From Rhizomicrobium sp. (GTDB lineage: Bacteria > Pseudomonadota > Alphaproteobacteria > Micropepsales > Micropepsaceae): 64,000 nucleotides of DNA. Both the position numbers and the translations under genes were made by a program. The notes under the pieces are model-generated. The model was not told the origin of the DNA, searched no databases, and worked only from the letters and a program-made list of their open reading frames with translations. How positions within the stretch are numbered: the stretch's first letter is position 1; every line of letters begins with the position of its first letter. Location of the stretch: assembly GCA_035275465.1 (NCBI GenBank), contig DATEMS010000047.1, positions 12,960 through 76,959 on the forward strand. The letters run 5' to 3'. Positions 31,630 to 40,451 of this stretch are shown in pieces.

Positions 31630-32030
31630 TGGCCGATTTCACGGTGGACCCGGCGATCCAATCGCTGACTCATAAGTTGGCGGATTGGCCGCTCGCCCGC
31701 GTCTTTCTTTACAATGACAGCCGCTATCATTGGGGCCTGCTGGTGCCGCGCCGCGCGGGCGCCATCGAAATTTGCGATTTGAGCGGCGAGGATCAAGTTC
31801 AGCTGATGGCGGAAATCGTCAAATTGTCCGGCCTGATCCGCGCTTTGCCGGGGGTGGAAAAGCTTAACGTCGGCGCCTTGGGCAATCGGGTGCCGCAACT
31901 GCACATTCATGTGATCGGGCGGCGCCAGGGCGATCCCGCCTGGCCGGGGCCGGCATGGGGTCACAGCGACCCGGTTCCCTGGAAAGACCCCGCCCAAGCG
32001 CCGCTTTTGCGGGCGGTAAGCAATGCTTAA
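31626..32030 (+). CDS. HIT family protein
   Basis: GNRVPQLHIHVIGR histidine triad; DPAWPGPAWG; ATGA overlap with the oxidase. Confidence 0.9.
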   Translation: MMADFTVDPAIQSLTHKLADWPLARVFLYNDSRYHWGLLVPRRAGAIEICDLSGEDQVQLMAEIVKLSGLIRALPGVEKLNVGALGNRVPQLHIHVIGRRQGDPAWPGPAWGHSDPVPWKDPAQAPLLRAVSNA

Positions 32031-32034
32031 CCAT
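32027..32034 (+). promoter_or_regulatory. Possible CtrA half-site TTAACCAT
   Basis: Exact TTAACCAT 20 nt upstream of the transglycosylase start; overlaps the HIT stop codon. Confidence 0.4.
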
Positions 32035-32054
32035 AAGCGCGCAAAAAAGGCCGC

Positions 32055-32936
32055 ATGCAGGTCGAAGGCGCACTCGGAACTGAACGGCCCGGAGCCGAGC
32101 GGATCGTCGCCGCACTAAAGAACGCCGCCGCCGCGACCGGATCGGATTTCCACTATCTGCTGGGCACCGCTATGCGCGAGTCCAGCCTCAAGCCCAACGC
32201 CCAATCCAGCTCTTCCTCCGCCACCGGACTGTTTCAATTTATCGATCAGACCTGGCTGGGATTGGTGAAGGAGCATGGCGCCCAGTATGGTTTGGGCGAT
32301 CTGGCCGCCGCGATCACCAAAGGGCCCAATGGCCGTTATCGCGCCCAAGCCGAAGCCAAGGACACGATCCTGGCCTTGCGCAAGAATCCGGAAGTCTGCG
32401 CGCTGATGGCGGGCGAGCACGCCAAAAGCAGCCAAAGCGTGTTGCGCGCCAATCTGGGCCGCGACATATGCGGCGGCGAGCTTTACGCCGCCCATTTCCT
32501 GGGACCGGATGCGGCCTCCAAACTGATCAAGCTGGCGCAGAGCGATCCGTCCGCCAGCGCCGTGGCGCAATTCCCGCAGGCCGCCGCCGCCAACAAAAAC
32601 GTTTTCTTCCATGCCGACGGCACCGCCAAATCGGTGCGCGAGGTTTACGATTGGGCGCTGCGCCAGCCGGGCAGCACCGACACCCTGCGCCAGGCGCCCG
32701 ACGCTGTTGCGCCGCCACAGGCCCCGCTGACGCCGGAAAGCGCGCTTGTGCGCGTGGCCTCGGCCCAGGACGCCCAGATTCAGTCGCTGCTGGCGAGTGT
32801 GATGAATTGGCAGCCGCGCGGCCATGCGATGTTCGGCGGCCTGTTCGGATTGGACAGCGCCACGCCCAGTTCGGCGATGAGTTTCGGACCTGGACTGCTG
32901 AGCGTCTTGTCTCAGTCCAACGAGACTAAGTCTTAG
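32055..32936 (+). CDS. Lytic transglycosylase (SLT-like) domain protein
   Basis: AMRESSLKP (catalytic Glu), SATGLFQFIDQTW, LYAAHFLG, AAANKNVF. Confidence 0.85.
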   Translation: MQVEGALGTERPGAERIVAALKNAAAATGSDFHYLLGTAMRESSLKPNAQSSSSSATGLFQFIDQTWLGLVKEHGAQYGLGDLAAAITKGPNGRYRAQAEAKDTILALRKNPEVCALMAGEHAKSSQSVLRANLGRDICGGELYAAHFLGPDAASKLIKLAQSDPSASAVAQFPQAAAANKNVFFHADGTAKSVREVYDWALRQPGSTDTLRQAPDAVAPPQAPLTPESALVRVASAQDAQIQSLLASVMNWQPRGHAMFGGLFGLDSATPSSAMSFGPGLLSVLSQSNETKS

Positions 32937-32974
32937 AGTGTGATCCGGTTTCCCTGAAACCGGATCACACTCTA
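32934..32974. repeat. 19-bp perfect palindrome (TAGAG...CTCTA repeat type) / bidirectional terminator
   Basis: TAGAGTGTGATCCGGTTTC-cct-GAAACCGGATCACACTCTA between convergent genes. Confidence 0.8.
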
Positions 32975-32996
32975 GAATTTTGGTTTGTCGCGCAAT

Positions 32997-33515
32997 TTAC
33001 CGGAAAATCGATCCCGATTTTCCGGATTGCGCTTTTGCCGTCAGCACTTCGTCCACCCGCGCATCCAATTCCGCGCAGAGTGCCTGGGCGATCTTGTCGC
33101 CAGTGTCCTTCAGGCCCTGTTTGTGGATCACTTGAATGGCGTTGACATGGGCGTCCACCAGCTGGAGCGGGATGGCAGCCCCCGGCGGCAAATCCCCGAT
33201 CATGCGCGTCAGCGACGATGCCACCCGCGCGATCAGGGGGAAATTGAAGGTGGGGGCCTGGCCCTTGATGTCATGGGCGGTGCGCAGCAGCGCGGCGCGG
33301 GCCTCATCATCCGGGGTGGCGGCATAGCGGGCGCGGGCGGCGATCAGCGCTTTTACATCCGTGGCGATCCAATCGTCGAATTCGCCTTTCAGCGCATCCA
33401 TTGCCTGTTCGGCGCGCTGGATGGCGGCCATGTCAACGCCGCCTTTGCCGCCGCCGACTTTGGCCTTCAGCATATTGGGCGGCATGAAAAGCTCGATGGG
33501 TTTTTGGCGCGCCAT
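32997..33515 (-). CDS. Stand-alone Hpt (histidine phosphotransfer) domain protein
   Basis: AHDIKGQAPTFNFPLI (H-x-x-K-G motif), helical; 3 nt downstream of the CheY-like gene. Confidence 0.82.
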   Translation of the reverse strand: MARQKPIELFMPPNMLKAKVGGGKGGVDMAAIQRAEQAMDALKGEFDDWIATDVKALIAARARYAATPDDEARAALLRTAHDIKGQAPTFNFPLIARVASSLTRMIGDLPPGAAIPLQLVDAHVNAIQVIHKQGLKDTGDKIAQALCAELDARVDEVLTAKAQSGKSGSIFR

Positions 33516-33518
33516 GGG

Positions 33519-34031
33519 CTACTCCGCTGCCTGCTTCTTGGCTGTTTCGCTACGGCGCTCGGGGCCGTGATATTCATCGGCGCTGCGGCGGCGGCGGCAG
33601 GGACCGAAGAAACCGCCGGTACGCACATAGGGACGGGGCTGTTCGATCACCGCCACCAGGCGCGACATCATGGTCTTGACCGAAACCGGCTTGACGATGA
33701 ATTCATTGACCCCGGCATCGCGCGCTTGGCGCACATGATCCAGCGACGTGTGTCCGGTCAGCATGATCACCGGCACAAAGGGATTGGGCGCCTGCGGGTT
33801 GGTGCGGATCATGCGGATCAGGTCCAGGCCCGACATGCCTTCCATCACCCAGTCCAGCACCACCACATCGGGATTGGTGTCGCGCAAGGAAGCCCAGGCG
33901 CGGTCGCCGCTATCGGCTTCCATGATTTGTACCACGCCGAAGGCCTGAAGAATCGTGGTGACGAGCTTGCGCATATGGACATTGTCGTCCACCACCAGCA
34001 CTTTCAGACGGTCGAAACGATAATCGCCCAT
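33519..34031 (-). CDS. CheY-like receiver with tandem ARR motif (Cle-type c-di-GMP effector)
   Basis: Intact DD, phospho-Asp (VVLDW), T and KP; C-terminal FFGPCRR and YHGPERR match the [Y/F]xGPx[R/K]R repeat of Caulobacter Cle proteins. Confidence 0.85.
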   Translation of the reverse strand: MGDYRFDRLKVLVVDDNVHMRKLVTTILQAFGVVQIMEADSGDRAWASLRDTNPDVVVLDWVMEGMSGLDLIRMIRTNPQAPNPFVPVIMLTGHTSLDHVRQARDAGVNEFIVKPVSVKTMMSRLVAVIEQPRPYVRTGGFFGPCRRRRSADEYHGPERRSETAKKQAAE

Positions 34032-34178
34032 GCCCCAACACCCGGCTCCGGCCGGGACTTTCTACAGGCGTCATATAGCTTAATGGGGCTTAAGCGTTGG
34101 TGAATGGGGGCAACATTCTGCCCCTACGGCCCTTCTCGAGCGCCGCATATCGCGGCGCGACCCTCAACATTCGCCAGC

Positions 34179-34267
34179 TTCCTTCCCCCTTCGTGCGCAG
34201 CACAGGAAGGGGGAAGGTGTCGCAGCGAAGTGTCGGCGGAGCCGACCTGAGCTGCGACGGATGGGGG
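34179..34267. repeat. Extragenic palindromic repeat (CCTTCCCCC family)
   Basis: CCTTCCCCCTT/AAGGGGGAAGG, GTCGCAGC/GCTGCGAC and GTCGGC/GCCGAC stems immediately after the nadK stop. Confidence 0.8.
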
Positions 34268-35020
34268 TCAATCAGAAAACTGTTCCGCCAGAATGCGCTC
34301 GTCCAGGCTATGGCCGGCATCGTAGAGCATGGTCATGGAAATGGTCCGGTCCTCGGCCACGTCCACGGCCACCACGTCGCGCACTTCCGAATCGTCGGCC
34401 ACCGCGCTAACCGGACGCTTGCCGCTTTCTAGAATCTCGAACCGCACCTGGGCGCGGTGGGGCAGAAGCGCCCCGCGCCAGCGGCGGGGACGGAAGGCCG
34501 AGATCGGGGTCAGCGCCAAAAGATCGGCGTCGATCGGCAGGATAGGGCCATGGGCGGACAGATTGTAGGCCGTGGAACCGGCAGGCGTCGCCACCAGCAC
34601 GCCATCGCAGATCAGCTCGGAAATGCGGGGTCTCTCATCCACCAGAATGCGAATCTTGGCGGCCTGGCGGGTTTCGCGCAGCAGCGAGACTTCGTTGAAG
34701 GCATGCGCCTCCTTGGTGCCGGCCTGGGTATGGGCCACCATTTTGAGGGGGTGGATCACCGCCCTTTCCGCCGCCGCCAGCCGCTCCAACAGATCGCCCT
34801 GATGATACTCGTTCATCAAGAAGCCGACAGTGCCGCGGTTCATGCCATAGATCGGCCTGTCCTTGCCGATGAAGGCATGCAGGGTTTGCAACATGAAGCC
34901 GTCGCCGCCCAGCGCCACCACAATATCCGCCGCCTCCGGCCCGGCATCGCCATAGCGGGCACGCAAGCTGGCCAGCGAATCTTCGGCTTGCGGCACGGCC
35001 GTGAAATGCAGTTTGGTCAT
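34268..35020 (-). CDS. nadK: NAD kinase
   Basis: [46 protein letters not shown]. Confidence 0.96.
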   Translation of the reverse strand: MTKLHFTAVPQAEDSLASLRARYGDAGPEAADIVVALGGDGFMLQTLHAFIGKDRPIYGMNRGTVGFLMNEYHQGDLLERLAAAERAVIHPLKMVAHTQAGTKEAHAFNEVSLLRETRQAAKIRILVDERPRISELICDGVLVATPAGSTAYNLSAHGPILPIDADLLALTPISAFRPRRWRGALLPHRAQVRFEILESGKRPVSAVADDSEVRDVVAVDVAEDRTISMTMLYDAGHSLDERILAEQFSD

Positions 35021-35078
35021 CGGGACGCCCTAAAAACCGTGACAGACTAACACGGCAAGGCCCAAAAAGGAGGGGGCG

Positions 35079-36179
35079 CTAGGCGGATGGTATCGCGCCG
35101 CGCAGCTCTTCCATCGCGGTCTGGCGGGTGAAGCTGTTGAAGATCGAATCCACCGTCACGATGTCGGAATTGCTCAGACTTGCGGACATGCTGCGCGCCT
35201 GGCGCGACAGGTTGTACACGGTGGTGAACACGGCGCGGTCGATACCGACGGCGCGGCAGGACAGGGCCACGATGCGCGCCCCGCTGGTATAGAAGCTGGT
35301 GCGGAAGGATGTCAGCGGAATCTCCAACAGCCGCGCGAAAGCCAGATCGAACAGATCCACCTGGCCTTGGCTAAGGACCCGCATCAGGAAGCCGGCTTTG
35401 AGCTGGCCGCTGCTGGCGAGTTTTTCCACCAATTTTGCCGCGCTGTCGGGCGGCGGATCGTGCGGACCGGCAGGCTGGCTATTGATCACTTGTGCGGCGG
35501 AGGCGAGCGCCGCATCGACGGTCTTGGGCGCGATCTTGTAGGTATCCTGGATGAAGGTCTTGAGCGCGTCGCAAACCCACTCGCACATCTTGTTGGCCAG
35601 TTGCGGGGGCAGGTCCGGACGGTGGACGAGCGGTTCCTGCAAGCCGGTCAAGGCGCGCGATTTTTCCACCAGCGTCGCGTAGCTGGCGTCGGAAATCTTG
35701 GCAGTGGCGTTGCGCACCAAGGCGGTCAGCACGGATTCGTGATTGGACTTGGCGAGCGCGTCGGTGACGGGAATTCCGATATGCGGCCGCGCCGCCACAG
35801 CCTCCTGATGCGCGATGCCGGCCTCGGCGATCAGCCTGAGCACGTCGGTTTCGGTGAGGAGGGGAGAATTCAGGATCAGGGGGCGAGCGACTTCGATGGA
35901 GTCGTCCACCAAAAGCAGGATCATGTCATGCGGCGCGGTGGTGTCTTCCGCCAAGCGCTGGGCCAGCGCAATGCGGATCGCCATTTCCACATCATGGGTG
36001 AGGCGGCGCAGAATTTCGCGCATCAACTCGCGTTCGCGCTCGTTGAGCCCCGCGCCCTGAATGCGATAAAGAGAGGCGACGGCGAGGTATATCTCCTCGC
36101 GGCTGGCGCCGGATTGTGGATTCATGGCGAGCTGAGCCAGGCGGCCCATGTCGCTCATATCGTGTGCGGTAAGCCCCAC
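35079..36179 (-). CDS. DUF2336 domain protein
   Basis: LAQRLAEDTTAPHDMILLLVDDSIEVARPLILNSPLLTETD...HQEAVAAR...LVRNATAKIS pattern. Confidence 0.82.
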   Translation of the reverse strand: MGLTAHDMSDMGRLAQLAMNPQSGASREEIYLAVASLYRIQGAGLNERERELMREILRRLTHDVEMAIRIALAQRLAEDTTAPHDMILLLVDDSIEVARPLILNSPLLTETDVLRLIAEAGIAHQEAVAARPHIGIPVTDALAKSNHESVLTALVRNATAKISDASYATLVEKSRALTGLQEPLVHRPDLPPQLANKMCEWVCDALKTFIQDTYKIAPKTVDAALASAAQVINSQPAGPHDPPPDSAAKLVEKLASSGQLKAGFLMRVLSQGQVDLFDLAFARLLEIPLTSFRTSFYTSGARIVALSCRAVGIDRAVFTTVYNLSRQARSMSASLSNSDIVTVDSIFNSFTRQTAMEELRGAIPSA

Positions 36180-36246
36180 GTGATTGCCCCAAATGCATTC
36201 TGCATAGGCCGCTGAATTGGCCTGCTACGGTTACTAACAGGGGTGT

Positions 36247-36262
36247 GTTAACAGGCGCTTAA
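36247..36262 (-). promoter_or_regulatory. Full CtrA-binding site TTAA-N7-TTAAC
   Basis: Minus strand TTAAGCGCCTGTTAAC, about 70 nt upstream of the DUF2336 start. Confidence 0.75.
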
Positions 36263-36324
36263 ATGTGAAACTTCCGTTCCTTAGCCGTTCTCAATTCGCG
36301 GAAAAATGGCCTGATCGGCCGCTA

Positions 36325-36681
36325 TTAGCGGGCGGCCTTGGAAAGCCAAAGCCGTTTGAGGAAGCTCAGTTTGGGTTCGGTGAGTTCCGACAAAGGGTAG
36401 GTTTTCTTGAAAGTGACGCCCACTTCGGAACCGTCGTTCCAGATCACTTTTGCATCATAGGCGATGCGGTCTCGAACATTGATCAAATAGAAGTCGGTGG
36501 GGAATTGCTGGTTCTTGCCCATCACGATGCGCGCGCCGGTCTGCGATACGTTGCGGATGGTGCAATCGAAACTGCGCGCGCCATCGGCATAGGCGACGAT
36601 GCCCGCCAGCAGAACCCGCTTGCGCCGCGCCGGACGCCGCTCGGCCGGCGGCGGTACGTCATCGCCAAATTCGCTGCCCAA
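36325..36681 (-). CDS. Single-domain PilZ protein
   Basis: ERRPARRKR (RxxxR) and RNVSQTGA (D/NxSxxG) c-di-GMP motifs. Confidence 0.88.
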   Translation of the reverse strand: MGSEFGDDVPPPAERRPARRKRVLLAGIVAYADGARSFDCTIRNVSQTGARIVMGKNQQFPTDFYLINVRDRIAYDAKVIWNDGSEVGVTFKKTYPLSELTEPKLSFLKRLWLSKAAR

Positions 36682-37063
36682 TCCTATTGCCTCACCCCAT
36701 CACTGGCCACATAGCCATCTGCCACCTTGCCGGCCTGTTTCCCGGCCGGTGATCGCTTTAGCGGCATGCAAGCCTTATTCCCTGCCAATCGGCTCTGTCT
36801 CCCAACAACGCCTGAGGTCCAGGGATGGCGGGTCGGACATGATAAATTTGCGACACTTTGCGACAAAATAATAATGACAAACTATCAAAATTTCACTGAA
36901 AATATGTCCTGACGCCGAATTTTAAGGCAAGACGAATATTTGGTCGCTAAGCCGGATAGGCCGGAAAAGATGTTCATAAATGCAGCGTAGGGGTGAGTCG
37001 GCGAACGCTCTTGCCTAAAGTTCCCGAACTTGCCGGGGCCAAGGTTAGGCAAGGGGGGGGATT

Positions 37064-37438
37064 GTGGAATTGACCGAAAATCTGCGGCTGGTCCCGGTGG
37101 GCCCGCGGCCGGCTCTGCTGGCGGGGGATGGTCGCCGCCCAGAGGAGGAGAGGCTGGAAGCGGTCTTCGAGTCGCTGGGACGGGATTCGGTTCTCCGGCT
37201 GATCTCGGCGCCGCATCCCTTTGGCCTGCCGCCCCGGGACAAGCTTGCCGCCAAGCGCTGGCTTTCGCGCCAAGACAGCGCGCGCCGGCGCGGCAAGGAT
37301 CTCACCATTCTCCTGGCGTTGGTTGCCACCGGATTGGCGGCGGCGCTCCTGTTTCTGTCCCTCTCTTTCGCCATCTATCCGTCGCATATGTCCCGCGTTG
37401 GCGGGAGCGTGACGGCACGCCAGGCCGCGCCGCTTTAG
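37064..37438 (+). CDS. Hypothetical bitopic membrane protein
   Basis: 124-aa ORF, one C-terminal TM, G-rich SD; divergent from the PilZ gene. Confidence 0.5.
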   Translation: MELTENLRLVPVGPRPALLAGDGRRPEEERLEAVFESLGRDSVLRLISAPHPFGLPPRDKLAAKRWLSRQDSARRRGKDLTILLALVATGLAAALLFLSLSFAIYPSHMSRVGGSVTARQAAPL

Positions 37439-37472
37439 TCTTGCGTGTGCCACCCAAAAGGTGTGCCTTGCG

Positions 37473-38957
37473 ATGATGCGCAAAGCCCATCTGCTGGCGA
37501 TCGATCAGGGCACGACCTCAACCCGCGCCATTCTGTTTGATGAGGCCGCGCGCCCTCTGCGCAGTCACGCCGTGGCGCTGCGCCAGATTTTTCCCGCCAA
37601 TGGCTGGGTCGAACATGATCCGCGCGAGATATGGCAGGCGGCGCTGGAATGCTGCCGCGTGGTGCTCAAGGGAATAGAGGCGGATAGGGTTGCCGCCATA
37701 GGCATTACCAATCAGCGCGAGACGTCCCTGATCTGGGACAAAGGATCGGGAGAGCCACTGCACAACGCCATTGTCTGGCAAGACCGCCGTGGGGCGCAGC
37801 GTTGCGCTACGCTCAAACGCCGAGGATGGGAGCCTAAGATCGCGGCCAAGACCGGTCTTTTGCTCGATCCTTATTTCTCGGCGACCAAGCTGGAATGGCT
37901 GCTCAAGAATGTGAAGGGACTCAAAGACCGGGGCGGGCGTTTTAAAAAAAACATTGCCTTCGGCACCATCGACAGCTGGCTGATCTTCAATCTCACCAAG
38001 GGCAGGGTGCATGCCAGCGATGTCACAAATGCGTCCCGAACCATGCTGTGGAATCTCAAGACACGCGATTGGGACGCCGAACTGCTGAAACTGTTCGGGA
38101 TTCCGCGCGCCATCTTGCCTCAAATACGCGAAAGCCGCGGCGATTTCGGCGTCACCGATCCCTTGTTGCTGGGTGCGCCGATCCCGATTTTGGGCGTGGC
38201 GGGCGATCAGCAGGCAGCGAGTTTCGGTCAGGCCTGTTTTTCGCCCGGCGATGTGAAGTCCACCTATGGAACGGGGTGTTTCGTCTTAGTGAACACCGGA
38301 AAAGGGGTCCCGCACTCGAAAAACCGGTTATTGGCCACTACACTGGCGCGCAAGCACTATGCCATCGAAGGCAGCATCTTCATCGCGGGCGCGGTGATAC
38401 AATGGCTGCGCGATGGCTTGGGATTGTTGGCGACCGCCGCTGAAAGTGAGGCGATGGCCAAGCGCGCCAAAGTGGCGGATGGGCTCTATGTCGTGCCTGC
38501 CTTCACCGGATTGGGCGCGCCTTATTGGGATCCGCGCGCGCGCGGCGCGATCGTGGGTCTGACGCGTGACAGCGGCAGGTGCGAAATCGTGCGCGCCGCG
38601 CTGGATGCTGTTTGCTACCAGACGCGTGATTTGCTGGAAGCCATACGCCGGGACATGCGGTCGGCGGGCCTGAAACGGCTGAAGAGGCTGAAAGTGGATG
38701 GCGGCATGGTCGCCAATGACTGGTTTTGCCAGCGTTTGGCCGATTTAACTGGCTTTGTCGTAGAACGACCGCGTGTTACCGAAACCACCGCGCTGGGCGC
38801 GGCCTATCTGGCGGGACTTGGCGCCGGATTGTTCGAGAACGAGAAAGACATTGCCGCGTGCTGGGCGTTGGATCGCCGCTTCAAACCGGTGATGAAGAAG
38901 CAGGCTCGCGACCGCCTTTATGACGGTTGGAAGACGGCGGTCTCCCGGGTGCGATAG
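37473..38957 (+). CDS. glpK: Glycerol kinase
   Basis: AIDQGTTSTRA, GITNQRET, WQDRR, DPYFSATK, GDQQAA, KSTYGTG, PAFTGLGAPYWD, VDGGM. Confidence 0.95.
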   Translation: MMRKAHLLAIDQGTTSTRAILFDEAARPLRSHAVALRQIFPANGWVEHDPREIWQAALECCRVVLKGIEADRVAAIGITNQRETSLIWDKGSGEPLHNAIVWQDRRGAQRCATLKRRGWEPKIAAKTGLLLDPYFSATKLEWLLKNVKGLKDRGGRFKKNIAFGTIDSWLIFNLTKGRVHASDVTNASRTMLWNLKTRDWDAELLKLFGIPRAILPQIRESRGDFGVTDPLLLGAPIPILGVAGDQQAASFGQACFSPGDVKSTYGTGCFVLVNTGKGVPHSKNRLLATTLARKHYAIEGSIFIAGAVIQWLRDGLGLLATAAESEAMAKRAKVADGLYVVPAFTGLGAPYWDPRARGAIVGLTRDSGRCEIVRAALDAVCYQTRDLLEAIRRDMRSAGLKRLKRLKVDGGMVANDWFCQRLADLTGFVVERPRVTETTALGAAYLAGLGAGLFENEKDIAACWALDRRFKPVMKKQARDRLYDGWKTAVSRVR

Positions 38958-39145
38958 GGGTGTTCCAAACGAGAGCACCCGTTGTCCTCAACACGTACAT
39001 CCATCTTGTGGCACTCTCCGCTACAGCTAATGTCGGAGTAAACGCGCGCTGTATGGGCTTGCAGAGTTTGTGCGATTGACGGTGGGCGTTGGCGGGCTGA
39101 AGTTTTGCATCGGTGGGGGTACAAGTGTCTGGTCAAGTCGTTGTC

Positions 39146-39739
39146 ATGGAGCGCGCGCGTATTGGGCGCCGCAAGCCGGAGAGTCTTGTGCGGTTGAAAC
39201 AGGCCGCACGCAAATTGTTCGTCGAGCGCGGATACGACGCCACAAGGCCGCAGGATATCGCGCGCGAAGCGGGATTGGGGCATGGCACTTTCTATCTCCA
39301 CTATCCCGACAAGCGCGCCTGTTTTCTGTCTTTTGTCGAGGATGCGCGGCTGGAGCTGGACGATCATGTGCGCGCCCATCGCTTGCAAGGCGCCAATCTG
39401 GAAACGCGCATCGCCACTACCTTGACCGCGATCTATGACTATGCCGATCGTAATCCGGGTGTGCTGCGCGCCGCCATGGCGGATGAGCGGATGATCGACG
39501 CCGACAGCGTCGCCACGCGGCCTTTGCTGGCGCAATGGGGCGCCGAATGGGCCGGCATGATCCGCAGCGCCGCCGACGGCGGCAGCGCTTGCACCTCTTA
39601 TGACGCCGACATTATCGGGCCAGCGATTGTAGGCGCCTTGCACCAAGCCGGACGCGAAAGCCATCGCTGCGGCCGCCAGCGCGAGGAACTGGTCAAGAAC
39701 ATGACCAGCTTTCTCACCAAGGCTTTGAAGCCGGATTGA
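39146..39739 (+). CDS. TetR/AcrR family regulator
   Basis: AARKLFVERGYDATRPQDIAREAGLGHGTFYLHYPDK HTH. Confidence 0.9.
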   Translation: MERARIGRRKPESLVRLKQAARKLFVERGYDATRPQDIAREAGLGHGTFYLHYPDKRACFLSFVEDARLELDDHVRAHRLQGANLETRIATTLTAIYDYADRNPGVLRAAMADERMIDADSVATRPLLAQWGAEWAGMIRSAADGGSACTSYDADIIGPAIVGALHQAGRESHRCGRQREELVKNMTSFLTKALKPD

Positions 39740-39805
39740 CCGCAGGCGGCGGGTAAATCTCTTCCCTCACCCAGGAGAGGGCGTTGCATTTGCCTATACT
39801 GGAGA

Positions 39806-40339
39806 ATGAATCGCTTCTATAGAGGCGCGATGCGTTCCCTGGGAATTTCTTCCGCTATACTTCTTGCCGCCGCACCGGTTCAGGCCGCTTCTATCGGCGA
39901 GCCTGTCTTGCGCGATGGCGTTGCGATCGCGGCCAAGACCATGACTGGTTTGGAACTGGACCGGCTGCCCGCCGGCATGAGCCGCAGCGCCGATGCGGTG
40001 TTTCTGGTAGCGGATGTCCATGTCGCTAAAGATGGTGTGCATGGTTTTAGCGAAAACGCGTTCATTCCCTATTTGTCGATCAGCTATGCCCTGACCAAGG
40101 ACGGTGCGCCCACCTTCAAGAAGGCGGGTTTGCTTTATCCTGTCGCCGCCAAAAGCGGCCCGCACTATGCCGCCAGCGCCGACATGGCGGGCCCGGGCAT
40201 TTACCATCTCACTTATATCGTTTCGCCTCCCAGTTCGCGCGGCATGATACGCCAGACCGACAAGACGGGCGGCGTGCCGGACTGGTGGAAGCCGATCACC
40301 GTCCAATGGACCTTTACCTATGCGGGTAACGCCCAATGA
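39806..40339 (+). CDS. Periplasmic P19/Tp34/FtrA-fold protein (iron-transporter family), degenerate metal site
   Basis: Signal peptide; FIPYLSISY, GPHY, GPGIYHLTY, WWKPITVQWTFTY. Start could be 39830. Confidence 0.8.
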   Translation: MNRFYRGAMRSLGISSAILLAAAPVQAASIGEPVLRDGVAIAAKTMTGLELDRLPAGMSRSADAVFLVADVHVAKDGVHGFSENAFIPYLSISYALTKDGAPTFKKAGLLYPVAAKSGPHYAASADMAGPGIYHLTYIVSPPSSRGMIRQTDKTGGVPDWWKPITVQWTFTYAGNAQ

Positions 40340-40451
40340 AAAACCGGCGCTGGTGCGGATGCCGCCGCGGCAATGGAACTGCGGCAAAATAATTTCAAAT
40401 TGTGCCGATTCTGGAACCGGGTGGTAACGGGTGTCGCGCTAGCCTGTAACC

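Noticed and set aside
25687-36808. Shared 11-mer TCTCCCAACAA in two intergenic regions (near 25687 and 36798)
   Set aside because: Too short, with no shared flanking structure; could be chance.
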